From NCBI GenBank assembly GCA_010356995.1, contig ML996689.1, positions 948,691 to 1,012,690 on the forward strand: a stretch of 64,000 bases of DNA, given 5' to 3'. Below the pieces are notes generated by a model, which had not been told where the DNA came from, ran no database searches, and saw nothing but the letters and a program-made list of their open reading frames with translations. Origin of the DNA: Trichodelitschia bisporula. Its lineage: Eukaryota. This document shows positions 24,375 through 35,991 of the stretch, in pieces; within the stretch, counting starts at the first letter, position 1, and each line of letters begins with the position of its first letter. The translations under genes were made by a program, and so were the position numbers.

Positions 24375-26895
24375 ATGGCCTCGACGCGTCTGGCGAGAAT
24401 GCACCGCTTGATTGCGAGAGAGGTACAGGAGCGGGAGGAGTTGCAGCTGCCTAAGCCGTCCCAGGAGGTAAAACACCAGGAGCTGAAGGATCATGTCCCC
24501 AAGGATACTGGCGGCAACCGCCCTGGCTGTGAAGTTAAAGATACGGAGAAGGGCTTGGCGAATACCTTCACTCTTGACCCACGCTTCGGTCAGCCGGTCG
24601 ACCCCAAGGAGATCAGGTGGTTCTGCCCGCTGCTCGCCCTCGAAAAGTTTGCTCACCGCTGGCTACGCCGAGAATATGTCGCCTTGGTCCATGCTCGCTT
24701 CTTTGCCGACGGAAAATACTGGAACCGAGAGTGGGATCTGTGAGTTTCTGTCAATTCTCTTCTCCTTGGCTTGCCAGAGGCCCCTGGACAAACACCTCCA
24801 CGCCCTAGACACTAACCTCACGCTCATAAGGTTCTACATTCACTCGCTTGACGAACACAAACCTCTTCTCCTCATTCCACAAACATCCTTTGCCTCACTC
24901 CTCTCCGACATCCAGCGCGAATTCCCCTACCTGGACCTAGATCCTGACGACCCATTCTACCTGGCGGCCGGCATCGTTGTCCAGTTCCCTGAGCACCCTC
25001 GTTTTTTGCCTCGCTTCCTCGGTTGCTGCACCTCGAAAGCGGAGCTCAAAGTCATGGTCGAGAACATCCCTCCCTTCCTGCAGGGGGCGCACTACCCGCG
25101 TTCGAGCGCCAGCCCGACGCCAGAGATGCGCTTCAAGTTCAAGCAGATCGTCGAGGATCTTGAGCGCCAGGATCATGCCAAAGCGGAGAAGGCAAAGAAG
25201 CAGCGGGAGCGGGAGCGCCTCGGCCGCGAGTTGAAGAAACTTGAGCAGCTGCGTCGTGCCCAGCGCTATTTGGGCCTTCGACCCCACCGCAGCCGTATGT
25301 CTTTGCCGCATTGTCCATTACGTGTCGCTTCGGAACTCCAGTTAACTGTCACAGCGCTGGACAACAACGAATTCTCGACGTCGGTAATTCCTCCCAAGAT
25401 CTTCGATCCGAACAGCCCTGTTCCGCACCTCTTCGATCAGGATCTCGTCTTCATTGCCTTCGATGTTGAGGCTTACGAGCACAACCCGTCAGTCATCACG
25501 GAGCTTGGTATCGCCATCCTTGACTCTCGCGACATCCAGGGCGTCGCACCGGGCAAGACTGGCTCCAACTGGTTCGACAAGATTCGGACCCGTCACATTC
25601 GCATCAACGAGAACAGCCATCTCAAGAATCGCGACTACGTCAACGGCTGCGAGGACCGCTTCGAGTTCGGGGAGTCAGAGTTCCTCGACTTTCGTCACGT
25701 TTCCAAGCTCGTGGCTCAGGTCATCAAAGATGTCTGTAAATACGAGCCGCACCCCAACCCGGAGGCAGCCCACTTCGCCCACGTCCCGCCGGTATCAACC
25801 ACGTTGCCTGGGTCAGGCGTCACGTCAGGCAAGATCTCTGACAGCAAGGCCCAGGCTCAGCCTGTCCGCCGCAAGTTCGCCCTGATCGGTCACGCTCCTA
25901 TTGGTGACTGCAACATGATTGCGTCCATGGGCTGCAACCCCCTCAACTACGCAAATCTTCTGGAGGTCCTGGACACGGGCAAGCTATTCGAAGCTTGGAG
26001 GAATGAGCAGCAGCCGCGTAGTCTCACTTACATCATCGACGCCCTTGGCTTTGTCGCCTGGCATCCGCACAATGCGGGCAACGACGCCGTCTACTCCCTG
26101 TGGGCCTTCCTCGGTACCTGTGTCCAGGCGTCCATTGTCCACCAGGACATAGGTGCTACCATGCAAGAGGAGACTCTCTCCAAGCTTGCGCGCATGAAGC
26201 TGGCGCAGGAGGAAATCGAAGAAGAGCACCGGACGCGCCAGCTCGCCATCCTCAGCCAGTTCGATGGTGGCCCTGCTCAGAAGCCTGAGCAGACCGTGGG
26301 CCAGAAGATGGCCGTGGAGCGCGCACATCGGCCGCAGTACACTCCAGGCGGTTTGACCTCGGACGGTAACGGGCGCGGCAACGGCGGTGCTCGTCGCCGT
26401 CACGGCGGGCAGCTTAAGGCTGATGCTCCGACCCCTGCGCTGGCGGACGATTTCCGGACCCGCGCTAGGATGCCTGGAGTTACTGCTTCATGGGTACAGC
26501 AGAAGCGTGCTCAGGCTTTGCCGACGCGAGCTCAGTTGGAAAAGCTCATCAACACGCAGCAGCAGCAGGGCAACGGACAGCAGGCTCCAGTTGGCTATCA
26601 GCAAACTACGCATGAGCCGCAAGTAGATTCGATGCGCTCCCCTCATATCAAGCAGGAGCAGAAGCCGGTGCAGGGGACTCCCCAGCTCGCTCAGCAGGGG
26701 CTGGCTCGCGGCCCCACCCAGGGAGCGCTCGCAAGCTGGCTCGCTACGACCGGCCCCTGCTCTCTTCCGCCCAGCTGCAATGGTTCCTCATCTGACCTGG
26801 CCCCGGGTTCGATTCCCGATCTCTCCGAGTCAGTGAACGCGCTCTCGCACGAGGAACCGAAAGAGGATGAGGAGGAACTCCTGATCGAATTCTAG
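24375..26895 (+). CDS. qip: QDE-2-interacting protein (QIP)-like DEDDh exonuclease (Gfd2/YDR514C-like domain)
   Basis: Exons 24375-24739, 24831-25294 and 25355-26895. N-terminal FCP..L.KFAHRWL..FF..GKYWNREWDLFY and PRFLG; Exo I FIAFDVEAYE..ITELGIAILD, Exo II LIGH....D and Exo III HNAGNDAVY. Confidence 0.82.
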
Positions 26896-27992
26896 TTCTA
26901 TCCCTCGTCCCTTCCCTTGTTGACTGAAGCGCATCCTCTGGCTGCATACCGGGTTGGCGTTGGAAGTCTCTGGGATACTGGTTGATGCTTGGGGCGCGTT
27001 GTTGAAGGGGGAATGTGATCCGGGGTAGATAGGACTATGACGTATAGGCTTAAAAAGCATTCGTGTTGTGGTGTAAATGGTGATTTTCCGGTTCCTTTGG
27101 CTTATCATATATCGTGCACGCGTCAGTCATCTGTCTAGGAACGGCTGTGGTGATTCTGAAGGGGTACGCTCGTATGTATCCACATTGATGCCTTGAGACC
27201 GCGACGCTGAACTGTCGACTTCACTGATCCGTGATGTTATATTTCAGTAGCACATTTTGCTCTCACACTAGGAGTACCATTTAAGGGCGCATTATGGATG
27301 GATCTCTCCAACGACTGCTTCTGCTGCATCTATTCCTGGAGCATCGCTGGAGCCGCGCGTCCGAGGCTGAAACGCGGCGCGTGTTACGCGCCACTAACAT
27401 CCCATCGACAACGACCAACTGTTGGCTAAGGGCTCTGCTCTACGGTCATGAAATTGGTAGATGGCGTTTCGGCAAACAAAGCAGTGGAATGTCAGTTCGT
27501 TTGTGGCTGTTTGGGGCTCGGGGCTTTATGAGGCGAGATGGTTGCCGATGCCGGTTGGCCCAGTACATAATATGTTGCAGGGCTGTCGTTGCCCCAGAGA
27601 TGGGTAGTGTCGACAGCTTTCCCCGCCCGCATCAACCTCAGCCGAATAAAAACACTCCTCCGCAAGAGTTACCCGCTGCGCAACAGAATCCTGTTGCATT
27701 GCATTTGACACTTTCTATCATCTCACTTCTCTACACGTAGTGCCGAAAAGAAAATCCCCCTTTTCGTGGCTGAACTCAGGAAACTCTGAAGGCGCACATC
27801 CAGAAGAGAAGCACACGGAGCAACGTCATCCCGTAACTACGTCATACCATAGGTAAGACCCCAGCGTGCTGCGTACCAACTCCGATTATTGTTGACATCA
27901 CACCACCCAGGCTGTGAACCTCTTCACATCCACTGCTGTCTCGCGATTCTGAATCCCACATTTTGATTGCCCAAAAACTTCCATCTACCAAA

Positions 27993-28591
27993 ATGTCTTT
28001 AACCCCAGTGCGCACGATTGCGCGCATCCTGCAGGTCAGTGCAGTTCGCCCCGCCCTTAAGGTCAAGCTAACTGTGGGGTAGCTGCTTTGGACCGTCCTC
28101 ATCATCGCCCTCGTTGGCAACATGATTGCGACGGCAACAGCTGGCAACCCGTCTATAGTCAACTACGACATGTTCGTGGCCGCCTTCTCCGCCCTCTCGC
28201 TGTTTTACCTGTTCCCCGCCGCCTTTCGCGAGTCCTTTGCTATTCCCGACGTCGTTCTTCTACTGGACCTGGCCAACGTCCTTTTCTGGTTCTGCGGAGC
28301 TGTGGCTACAGCGGCATATCTGGGGGTGCACTCGTGCAGCAGCAAGGTTTGTATACCGAGACTCAAGCGATCGCGCACTAATGATCGCAGTCTTACACGG
28401 AGCACAACAAGGTCACCAACGGCTCGAAAGATACCCACAAGCGGTGCACGGAAGCTCAAGCCTCGACCGCGTTTCTGTGGTTCGGCTTTGCTTGCTACGT
28501 CGTAACGCTGTTCATCGCCGTCAAGGCACGCGGGAACATCAACATGCGGGGTAGCAGCGTCGGGCGCAGCTCAGCGATGAGTCAGGTCTAA
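27993..28591 (+). CDS. NCE102: MARVEL-domain eisosome protein Nce102
   Basis: Three coding exons: LWTVLIIALVGNMIA...NPSIVNYDMFVAAFS, LGVHSCS, KRCTEAQASTAFLWFGF, ending MSQV-TAA. Probable 5' UTR intron at about 27853-27910. Confidence 0.9.
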
Positions 28592-29586
28592 GTATGCTCG
28601 CAAGTGGTCTTGTGTAGGGGAACGAGCGACAATTTTGGACTCGGTGGCTGACTTTCGGGCGTTGGGGGATTGGGGCTGGTTTATGGGATGGGAATGGATA
28701 CGGTAGCGCTTGAATGGATTATGTAGCATTATCTTTGGATGACAATGCTAGTTCTCGCACCGTTTGCGAGAGTTACTTAAGAAAGCTGTTGCTGGATCAG
28801 CTATGTAGAGTTCACATGGCTGGTGCGTGGGGGAGCTCGCCAGCGCCGCCCCAGGCGCCTCGAGTCCTCAGTAATCGTAACTCGATTAACATATGGCACT
28901 GCGGCCGCTAACATGTAGCACCGATATGTCCGGACGTCTACTTTAACGAACTCAAATCGAAATATCCGAAGTCTCTAAGAACCTGGTCCCTTAGCCTTTC
29001 CAGGTATAGAAACATCACTAAGGGAAGCAGCACCAGCAAGTGACCGCTTCTGCCTCGAACAAGTTTTTATCCACAGATCCTGAACCAGAAGACATGTTTC
29101 GCTACTTTTCGCTACTTTTCTCTTCTATGCCTGCTCGATCCGCAACGCCCCTCGCCTCCTTCTCTCACGCCTTGCTTCCCCCGCCCATCCCCACCTCTCA
29201 CTGTAGTGACGAGCCCTGTTTGGCTGATAACGATCTCCAAGGCAACCGCTCCGAGATTTAGTTACTGGTCATCAAAGCTGCCCAGGCTGTCCGTATTTAA
29301 TATTCGACTTGGGAAGCATGACACATGCTCCAAGAGCTGGTAATACACACCTTGAATGCTCACAGGTTATCCCCCCAATCAGAAGATGGAAGTTTCAAGA
29401 AGTACGAGCCAGCTAGAAGACTTCGACTGTCCAACCATCGTCCAGTCAAACCAGAATAATCCACAAACCCCACCAAACCTTGGCATACACTTCTGTCATT
29501 TATAACCCCCTAAAAGGAATTCTCATTCAGAAGCCTGAAAGTTTGAAACTGTGCGTTAAGCAATATGGTCACCTAGACTTGCGCCA

Positions 29587-29878
29587 TAATAATAATAATA
29601 GCTTGATTACGCCCAGGCTTGTTTTAGCTAGCCGTATGGTCGGGTCTCACCACTTTAGGAGTGGGTTTGACCATTTTCTTTGGTTCTACACGGCAAAACC
29701 CTCCCTGGAAGGGTTGAGGAAAAGCCTTGGAAGTCGTCCTTTGGAGAGGGGCATGTGAGCCCCACGCCTTCAACATATGTTTATCGTCTTTTCTTTGCAC
29801 CATTCTTGTGTGTCCCAAGCGAGAACTTGGCTGCACGCCGAGAAACTGAGAAACACTCCATATCCCAATTAAACCCCA
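29587..29878 (-). mobile_element. LINE 3'-end fragment, copy 1, with (TAT)n tail
   Basis: Close match to 33159-33447; the tail reads (TAA)n on the + strand; its 5' junction abuts a MITE right-end remnant. Confidence 0.85.
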
Positions 29879-29910
29879 TACCTGAGCGTATACCTGGGCC
29901 GTACAAGGAA
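29879..29910. mobile_element. Right-end remnant of the TA-flanked MITE family
   Basis: TACCTGAGCGTATACCTGGGCCGTACAAGGAA|TA matches the right termini at 32504, 35087 and 36233. Confidence 0.75.
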
Positions 29911-31176
29911 TAGGGAATAAAGGCTTGCAATCTCTCTGGTTCATGTAATATTATAAATCAGAAACACGCGAGCGTCTTACACCGCTGGTGAGGAGACTTC
30001 GGGATTACAGTTGGTTCCGAAATGACGGGCCATCCGATAATTTATCCAGCTCTATGCACGTATATGCACGCGGACTGTTTATTGACCTGTACAGAAAGGG
30101 CGTGTGGGACTGACCGGATTTCACTCCTTTCCAAGGGTTGTTCAAAATTACAGTTTTCCGGTGGGCCAAGACAGAGGGGAACAAAACTAGCTAGTGGACA
30201 TCAGAGGTGGGGGAATATCCAGAAGACCGTCCCGACCCGGTCCTGATAACTAAAATATCTATACGGATAAACCCTAGCGCCGAAGCACAGCACATGTAAC
30301 CTTAACCCCCAAACGTATGCCCGGCAACTCCTACCTCCAACAGAGTTATCAGAGAGGCATGCGCATCACACTACCCTGACCCCTACCACTCCGTATCGGC
30401 CACCAAGCAACTGTCCATAAGAGTGTTTCCTCAATTTCCTTACCGGACTTCGTCGACTTTAATGTACAGCAAGAATCTGCAGGATACTGGCTGCACAGCA
30501 CCCAATGATGCGCCCTTACAGACCCGATGCGCATTGCAGCAACCATGCAGCGAGATCCAGTTCTGTCAGTCGATCCGGAAGGTCTCAGACAAATATTATG
30601 AGCAAGATATCGTCATGAATAGGAACGCTTCCATGGTCTTTTTTTGAATGATGAATACTCGCAGCATGGTCTACCTACTGATTTCGAAGGCCTCAACATG
30701 GTGGAGCCCTTGAGATCCGTTTGATGCTCCAGCTACCGTAGTACGTGATTGATGCTCCAATCCTATTTGGCGTACCCAAAACATAGCTGAAGTATTTTAC
30801 TGTTTATAAGATGGATTTGTCCCTCTTCATTATACATGTTACAGCCTAAGGGGAATAGGCGCCAGTAACGTCATAGAATGGCGCTTTGGGCTTTATGCCT
30901 TTTAGCTCTTATTGTCTTTAGATAAGCCAAAACTTAGTTTAGCTGGACTTCAGCGAGAATATCCCGAAAGCCGCGGTAAGCGCGATGATACGAGAAGATT
31001 CAATGGCCAACCATTTTTAGCTGGAATAAGTTGAGTATAGCTCGAACCGCGCAGCTTTTGCTTCGTGCATTGGCAATCCATTGCGTATTGACAAGAGCAA
31101 GAAATGAAGTGACTTAGGAACAAACACCATCGCTAACCTGAAATAAGAGGCACGGATCCTCAAATCCGAGGTATAC

Positions 31177-31712
31177 AATTCAAAAAACGAGGAGCTAATT
31201 ACAAAGTGTGAATCCATCAACTTTAGTGCCAAATCTTTATCTCCAAAAGCTCTAAGACCGGTGCCAAAAGATGCGTCTCATTAAGGCGATGTGGCGAAAC
31301 ATAAGTATGCTTGAATTTATCAAGTATTCGTGCGTACATCGCATGTTGAAGTTTTAATGCCAGAGTTTAGTAGGGGGGGAGCGCTAAGACCGTCCGCGGC
31401 TCAGCCCGCTCCGAGACTCGGCGCCGAAAGTCCGGGCCTCGGCACCGAGAATGGAGGAAACGCGACCGGAAAGTCGGTTTTATGCGCCAAGACCCACGGT
31501 CTTGGCGCCCATACCCTACCAAACTCTGGCATCAAACCTTCCACACGCGATGCACGCACGAATACTTGATAAATCTAAGCGTACTTATGTTTCGCCGCAT
31601 TGCCTTCATGAGACGCATCTTTTGGCACCGGTCTTGGCGCGTTTGGAGATAAAGATTTGGCACTAAAGTTGATGGATTCACACTTTGTAATTAGCTCCTC
31701 GTTTATTGAATT
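31177..31712. mobile_element. Foldback/MITE-like element: about 215-bp inverted arms around a GC-rich spacer of about 105 bp
   Basis: 31177-about 31392 is the reverse complement of about 31497-31712, e.g. GAGGAGCTAATTACAAAGTGTGAATCCATCAACTTTAGTGCCAAATCTTTATCTCCAAA pairs exactly. No convincing TSD seen. Confidence 0.8.
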
Positions 31713-32311
31713 TCTTCATGTTTCTCGTCCGTCATTGGCTGAATGCTGCCTGTCGATGCAACCTGTCGAAATAATATTTTTTGCCTATTTATGTATCAGG
31801 TCCCAGATTTGGATGTAAGGGGAATACAAAAGAAATAGTCCGAGTTTCTTAGATCGATGTCCTTCCTACACTGAGACCCTTTAGGCAGCCAGCAAAGCCC
31901 CCATCAATTTGAGAAATATTAGCTATCCGACTTTTATACCCCAGCAGCCCAGACAGTTTTTTACTCCATTTCTACTCGTATTTCACACGAAAAGTGGTCA
32001 CCAGTTATTCGTCGTAATGAAACGATAGAATTGCATACAAAACATAAATGCTATTCATATCCCACACGGCTCCAGAAGCCCGAGTATTAGAGAGGTAGAG
32101 AACATATTTACCTGCTTAAATACGTACATCGTAACCTGAAGGATCATCCGGGAGAGTAAAGAAGGGCACGATACGCGTGAGAGGTTAAAGAGGGAAATAT
32201 GAATTTTCAGCACTCCACCCTTCATTGTAACGCCATCCGTATTTTCAAAGTCAAACTTCTGGTCCCAATTTACTCCTACGACGCGGATAAATAACAATAA
32301 AGAAACGCGTA

Positions 32312-32504
32312 TTCCTTGCACGGTCCAGGTACTGGCCTAGGTACACGCCCAGGTACTCGTACCCACTTTTTCGCTATTATGAGCCAGTCAGAGAGCTAAA
32401 ATTTATTACCGAAATAGAGAAATCTTTACAAAACTAAATTCTAGCTCTTTGATTGGTCCATGATTGCGGCATGTGGGCGACGAGTACCTGAGCCGTACAG
32501 GGGA
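32312..32504. mobile_element. MITE copy A (193 bp), TA-flanked
   Basis: TA|TTCCTTGCACGGTCCAGGTAC ... GTACCTGAGCCGTACAGGGGA|TA; internal inverted block CCAGTCAGAGAGCTAAAATTT / AAATTCTAGCTCTTTGATTGG. Confidence 0.85.
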
Positions 32505-33158
32505 TAGACTCGTGCGATTAAAGCGAGGAGTCTACTACAACTTCTTTGTAGATGCACCTACGAGAAGATGGTAAATTATGAATCCATTTACTAATATCGT
32601 CATCGCTGGCACTATCGTAATTAACAACCCAATCAGAGGGCTGGTACCCTTTACGGAACAGTTTTACTAGGATAATAGGCTCTCTAATTTGTCGGCCACT
32701 TGCGAGAACGCCAACGAGGACACCAGCAGCGCAAGGGCTACGGTAGGGGGTAGACCGAGGCTCTTTAATTAGCTCGAGCCCTTCAAATTTTTGTCGTCCG
32801 GCAGGCAGGCTGACATAATGTGTTCGGAATGTCTCTCCTAAGGAACTCTAGATGTTCGTCTAGTAGTGCCCAGATACTCATTCCTTCCGTGTTAACTCAG
32901 CCAGAAATGCTGGGTCTCGTTGTCCGAGATAGCATGCAAATGTAAATACTGAAACAGCCAACTCCGCTGCACGTTGAATATTTAAGAAGGAGCATTGTAG
33001 ACCAGGCTGCCATTAGAACAACCCCTCGAGTTCCTTGAACCGCCCCCCAAATTACCAGAGCCACCCTGTACCCCTAACCACCCATACTCACTAACGAAGT
33101 ATATTATCATCGCTAACCCTAACCGTTACCCAACCCTAACTACTAACCTAGTAGCGTA

Positions 33159-34129
33159 ATAATAATAGCTTGATTACGCCCAGGCTTGTTTTAGCTAGCC
33201 GTATGGTCGGGTCTCACCACTTTAGGAGTGGGTTTGACCAACTTCTTTGGTTCTACACAGCAAAAACCCTCCCTAGACGGGTTGAGGAAAAGCCCTGGAA
33301 GTCGTCCTTTGGAGAGGGGCATGTGAGCCTCACACCTTTTACATGTGTTTATCGTCTTTTCTTTGCACCATTCTTGTGGGTCCCAAGCGAGAACTTGGCT
33401 GCACGCCGAGAAACTGAGAAACACTCCATATCCCAATTAAACCCCAAAAGCGCCAAACGCCTACTGCAACGCAGATCCCATGATTCTAGGCCATGTGATC
33501 GAAAGAGAGAAGGAGAGGAAGGAAATTGAGGACTGCCAGGTGGTGTCCGGAGGCCGCCAGGGGGGGGGGGGGGCGGCTCCTCTTTGGGGGAGATCCGGTT
33601 CCTGGTAGCAAGGGTGGTATTGAATCCGCACTTCTTCACGTGTGGGTAGACTGGTGTTGTTGCTAGTCCTAGTATGTTGTGTTTGTGGTTGGGGAGAGGG
33701 CTGTGGCCTCCGTTGTATTGAGCTTTTCCGGCTCTCTTGGGGTTCCTGGAGGGTTCCGGTTGCGGGCCGTCAGCTTTGTGGTGGCTCGCTTTCATCCGGT
33801 TCCCTTCCAGTCTCGCTAGGAGATTGTGGATTTATGAACAGTTCGTGGGGTGTGGGCGGCTTTTTTCCCACATCTCGGGTTCCGATTGGCGGAATTCTTT
33901 AGCTAGCTTGAATTGGCCGATGAAGCCTCTGTTGATGATATAGTTTGTGACTGCCTCTAGACCTCTCCTAGTGTTCATCATTTTGTTGTAGTCAATTGTT
34001 CTTGCTTGCTCGTAGAGCTCGGAGCGTCCCGCTCCGAGCGTGCAGCTCATGACCATATGCTTGGGTGTTTGTCGCCCAAATCCGCAGGGGCACCGGGGGG
34101 AGTCAAATGTCGGGACTCCTACTCTGAAG
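33159..34129 (-). mobile_element. 5'-truncated Tad1/I-like LINE (copy 2): ORF2 C-terminal zinc knuckle, about 670-nt 3' UTR, (TAT)n tail and 14-bp TSD
   Basis: Frame encodes VPTFDSPRCPCGFGRQTPKHMVMSC...IGQFKLA (CxCx7Hx4C, typical of fungal Tad-clade ORF2 ends). Flanked by AACCTAGTAGCGTA (33145-33158) and AACCTAGTAGTGTA (34130-34143). Confidence 0.88.
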
Positions 34130-34186
34130 AACCTAGTAGTGTATGCAGCCGGCCTAGGGGCTAGGTTGGTGTTAGGCATGATTGCA

Positions 34187-35087
34187 TCCCTCGTACAGCC
34201 CAGGTACTGGCCCAGGTACATGCCCAGGTACTCGTCCCCCACTTTTCCCTCTCGTGAACCAGTCAAAGAGCTGGAATTTAGTTCTATAACAATTTCTCTA
34301 GGATACTAATAAATCTAAAGCCCATAAATGTTACATCTACGCCCTGTTTAAATCCAGTCCTTCAGGAGGAAAGTCTGCTTACAGATACTACGTAGACGTA
34401 ATTATCCCCCACATTCTGCAACCGCATACATAGAAAAAGTGATTGCGCTCCGCCTCAGCAAAAATGGGAGAGGAAGGCGGGAGTATTTTTTAAACTAGTC
34501 CTACCAAGAACTTACCCCCAAACTTCAAGGCGAGATACACTCATGCGCCAAGAAGATATAAAGTTAGAAATAGATTCATTGGAATTGCCTTAATCTGCGG
34601 AGCAGTTTGGCACCACTTTGGTCGCGATAATGTTATCGGTAAAAGGAGTTATTATCAGTTGAATTTTTATAGTTTTTAAAATGGGTTCGGCACGCGCTTA
34701 AATTAGCAAATATCTCTTTTTATGGCAATGCTACGGTGACGTTAGTGGCGCCAAAATACTCGTCGCATTGAGGCATTTCAAATAAACATATATTCAACTT
34801 TATGTCTTTTTGGCACAGGAACGCATCGCGCTTTGAAGCTTAGAGGTAAGCTTTTAGTTCGGTCTTGGTAACCATAAATGTTATTGAGTTTGTAAGCAAA
34901 CTATGCCCGTCTAGGACTAGTTTTAAGCAGGGTTGTAGATGTGACATTTATGGGCTGTAGGTTTATGAGTACCCATTTTTTTACTTCTGTAACAAATTCT
35001 AGCTCTTTGATTGGTCCATTATGTCTTAAAAGTGGCGGAAGAGTATCTGGGCATGCACCTAGGCCAGTACCTAGGCCGTACAAGGAA
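34187..35087. mobile_element. Long non-autonomous member (901 bp) of the MITE family, with 175-bp terminal inverted repeats
   Basis: 34187-34361 pairs with 34913-35087, including the inner block AAATCTAAAGCCCATAAATGTTACATCTACGCCCTGTTTAAATCCAGTCCT vs AGGACTAGTTTTAAGCAGGGTTGTAGATGTGACATTTTATGGGCTGTAGGTTT. Right flank TA, left flank CA. No recognisable transposase ORF inside. Confidence 0.82.
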
Positions 35088-35404
35088 TATATGCCAATTC
35101 AATTAGCTGGAGGCTGCGACGGGAACAGTAGTAAATATTAACAGTAATATTATGGATACGCGCCCAAGTGGCCCGAAGATGATTCGCCTATAGAAAGGTT
35201 TCTTTTGACTGTTAATCAAGGGCCATACTACAGGTACGGTATTGTGCTTATGATTTCATTAGACTATTACGCCGCCTCTGCCCCCCATACGCGAGAAATA
35301 TATATCCCTCATTGTCAGCGTCTTTGGGGCACTTCTCGGTTCCCGGCAGTATTTGGTTGATTTTAGGAAAGAGACGCTCCTAATCAAGCATTGATCACAC
35401 TCCA

Positions 35405-35649
35405 CGACGTGCGGCCAAGTTCTCGCTTGTGACACAAGAATGGTGCAAAGAAAAGACAATAAACACATGTAAAAGGCGTGGCGCTCACATGCCCCTCTCC
35501 AAAGGACGACTTTCCGGGCTTTTGCTCAACCCTTCCAGGGAGGGTTTTTGCCGCGTAGAACCAAAGAAAAAGGTCAAACCCACTGCTAAAGTGGTGAGAC
35601 CCGACAATACGGCTAGCTAAATAAGCCCGGGCGCAATCAAGCTATTATT
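35405..35649 (+). mobile_element. LINE 3'-end fragment, copy 3, with 15-bp TSD
   Basis: Reverse complement of copies 1 and 2, ending AATCAAGCTATTATT; flanked by ATTGATCACACTCCA (35390-35404) and ATTGATTACACTCCA (35650-35664). Confidence 0.88.
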
Positions 35650-35991
35650 ATTGATTACACTCCATCGGCGATATGCACAATACGAAGATAATGGAACGCC
35701 AGTAACTTTGCTCTTCCCTTCATGCAGCTTAATGAACGTGTCTGGGACGGGCTTATATTGGCGGCTTTATTCGTTCTTAGGTTTCGAACTAATGGACTTA
35801 TGTACAAAACTATTAGAGCGCTAGCCAGGTAGGATTTGCGCATTTACTTAACAGAGACTCGTTTTGAAATGGGGCTTTACCGGTTCTTGATATGAAGACG
35901 CCGAGAAATTACGCTAGGCAAGTAGAAACAAATGGTTCGCGAGCTAAGCTTTTGAGATTTTATGCGTTTCCGCGGTTTATAGCGTTAGGTA

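Noticed and set aside
26800..26820. tRNA T-arm/B-box-like CCCGGGTTCGATTCCCG
   Set aside because: Lies inside the QIP coding frame; no D-arm, anticodon arm or acceptor stem could be built.
29587..29878. Repeated 290-bp element as a 5S rRNA gene or 5S-derived SINE (contains CGACCATAC on the - strand)
   Set aside because: Similarity to 5S stops after about 9 nt, and the sequence is contiguous with a LINE ORF2 end in copy 2.
29944..30009. TGTAAT...ATTACA LTR-like termini
   Set aside because: Only about 66 bp, with no TSD and no second copy.
33113..33123. CTAACCCTAAC as a telomerase RNA template
   Set aside because: It sits among several degenerate copies in a transposon island, is interrupted just downstream by a LINE, and I could not see a pseudoknot. 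A covariance-model search for fungal telomerase RNA would settle it.
34130..34266. N-terminal part of ORF 33832..34266 as LINE protein
   Set aside because: It lies outside the TSD-defined insertion and reads through host DNA and the MITE TIR by chance.
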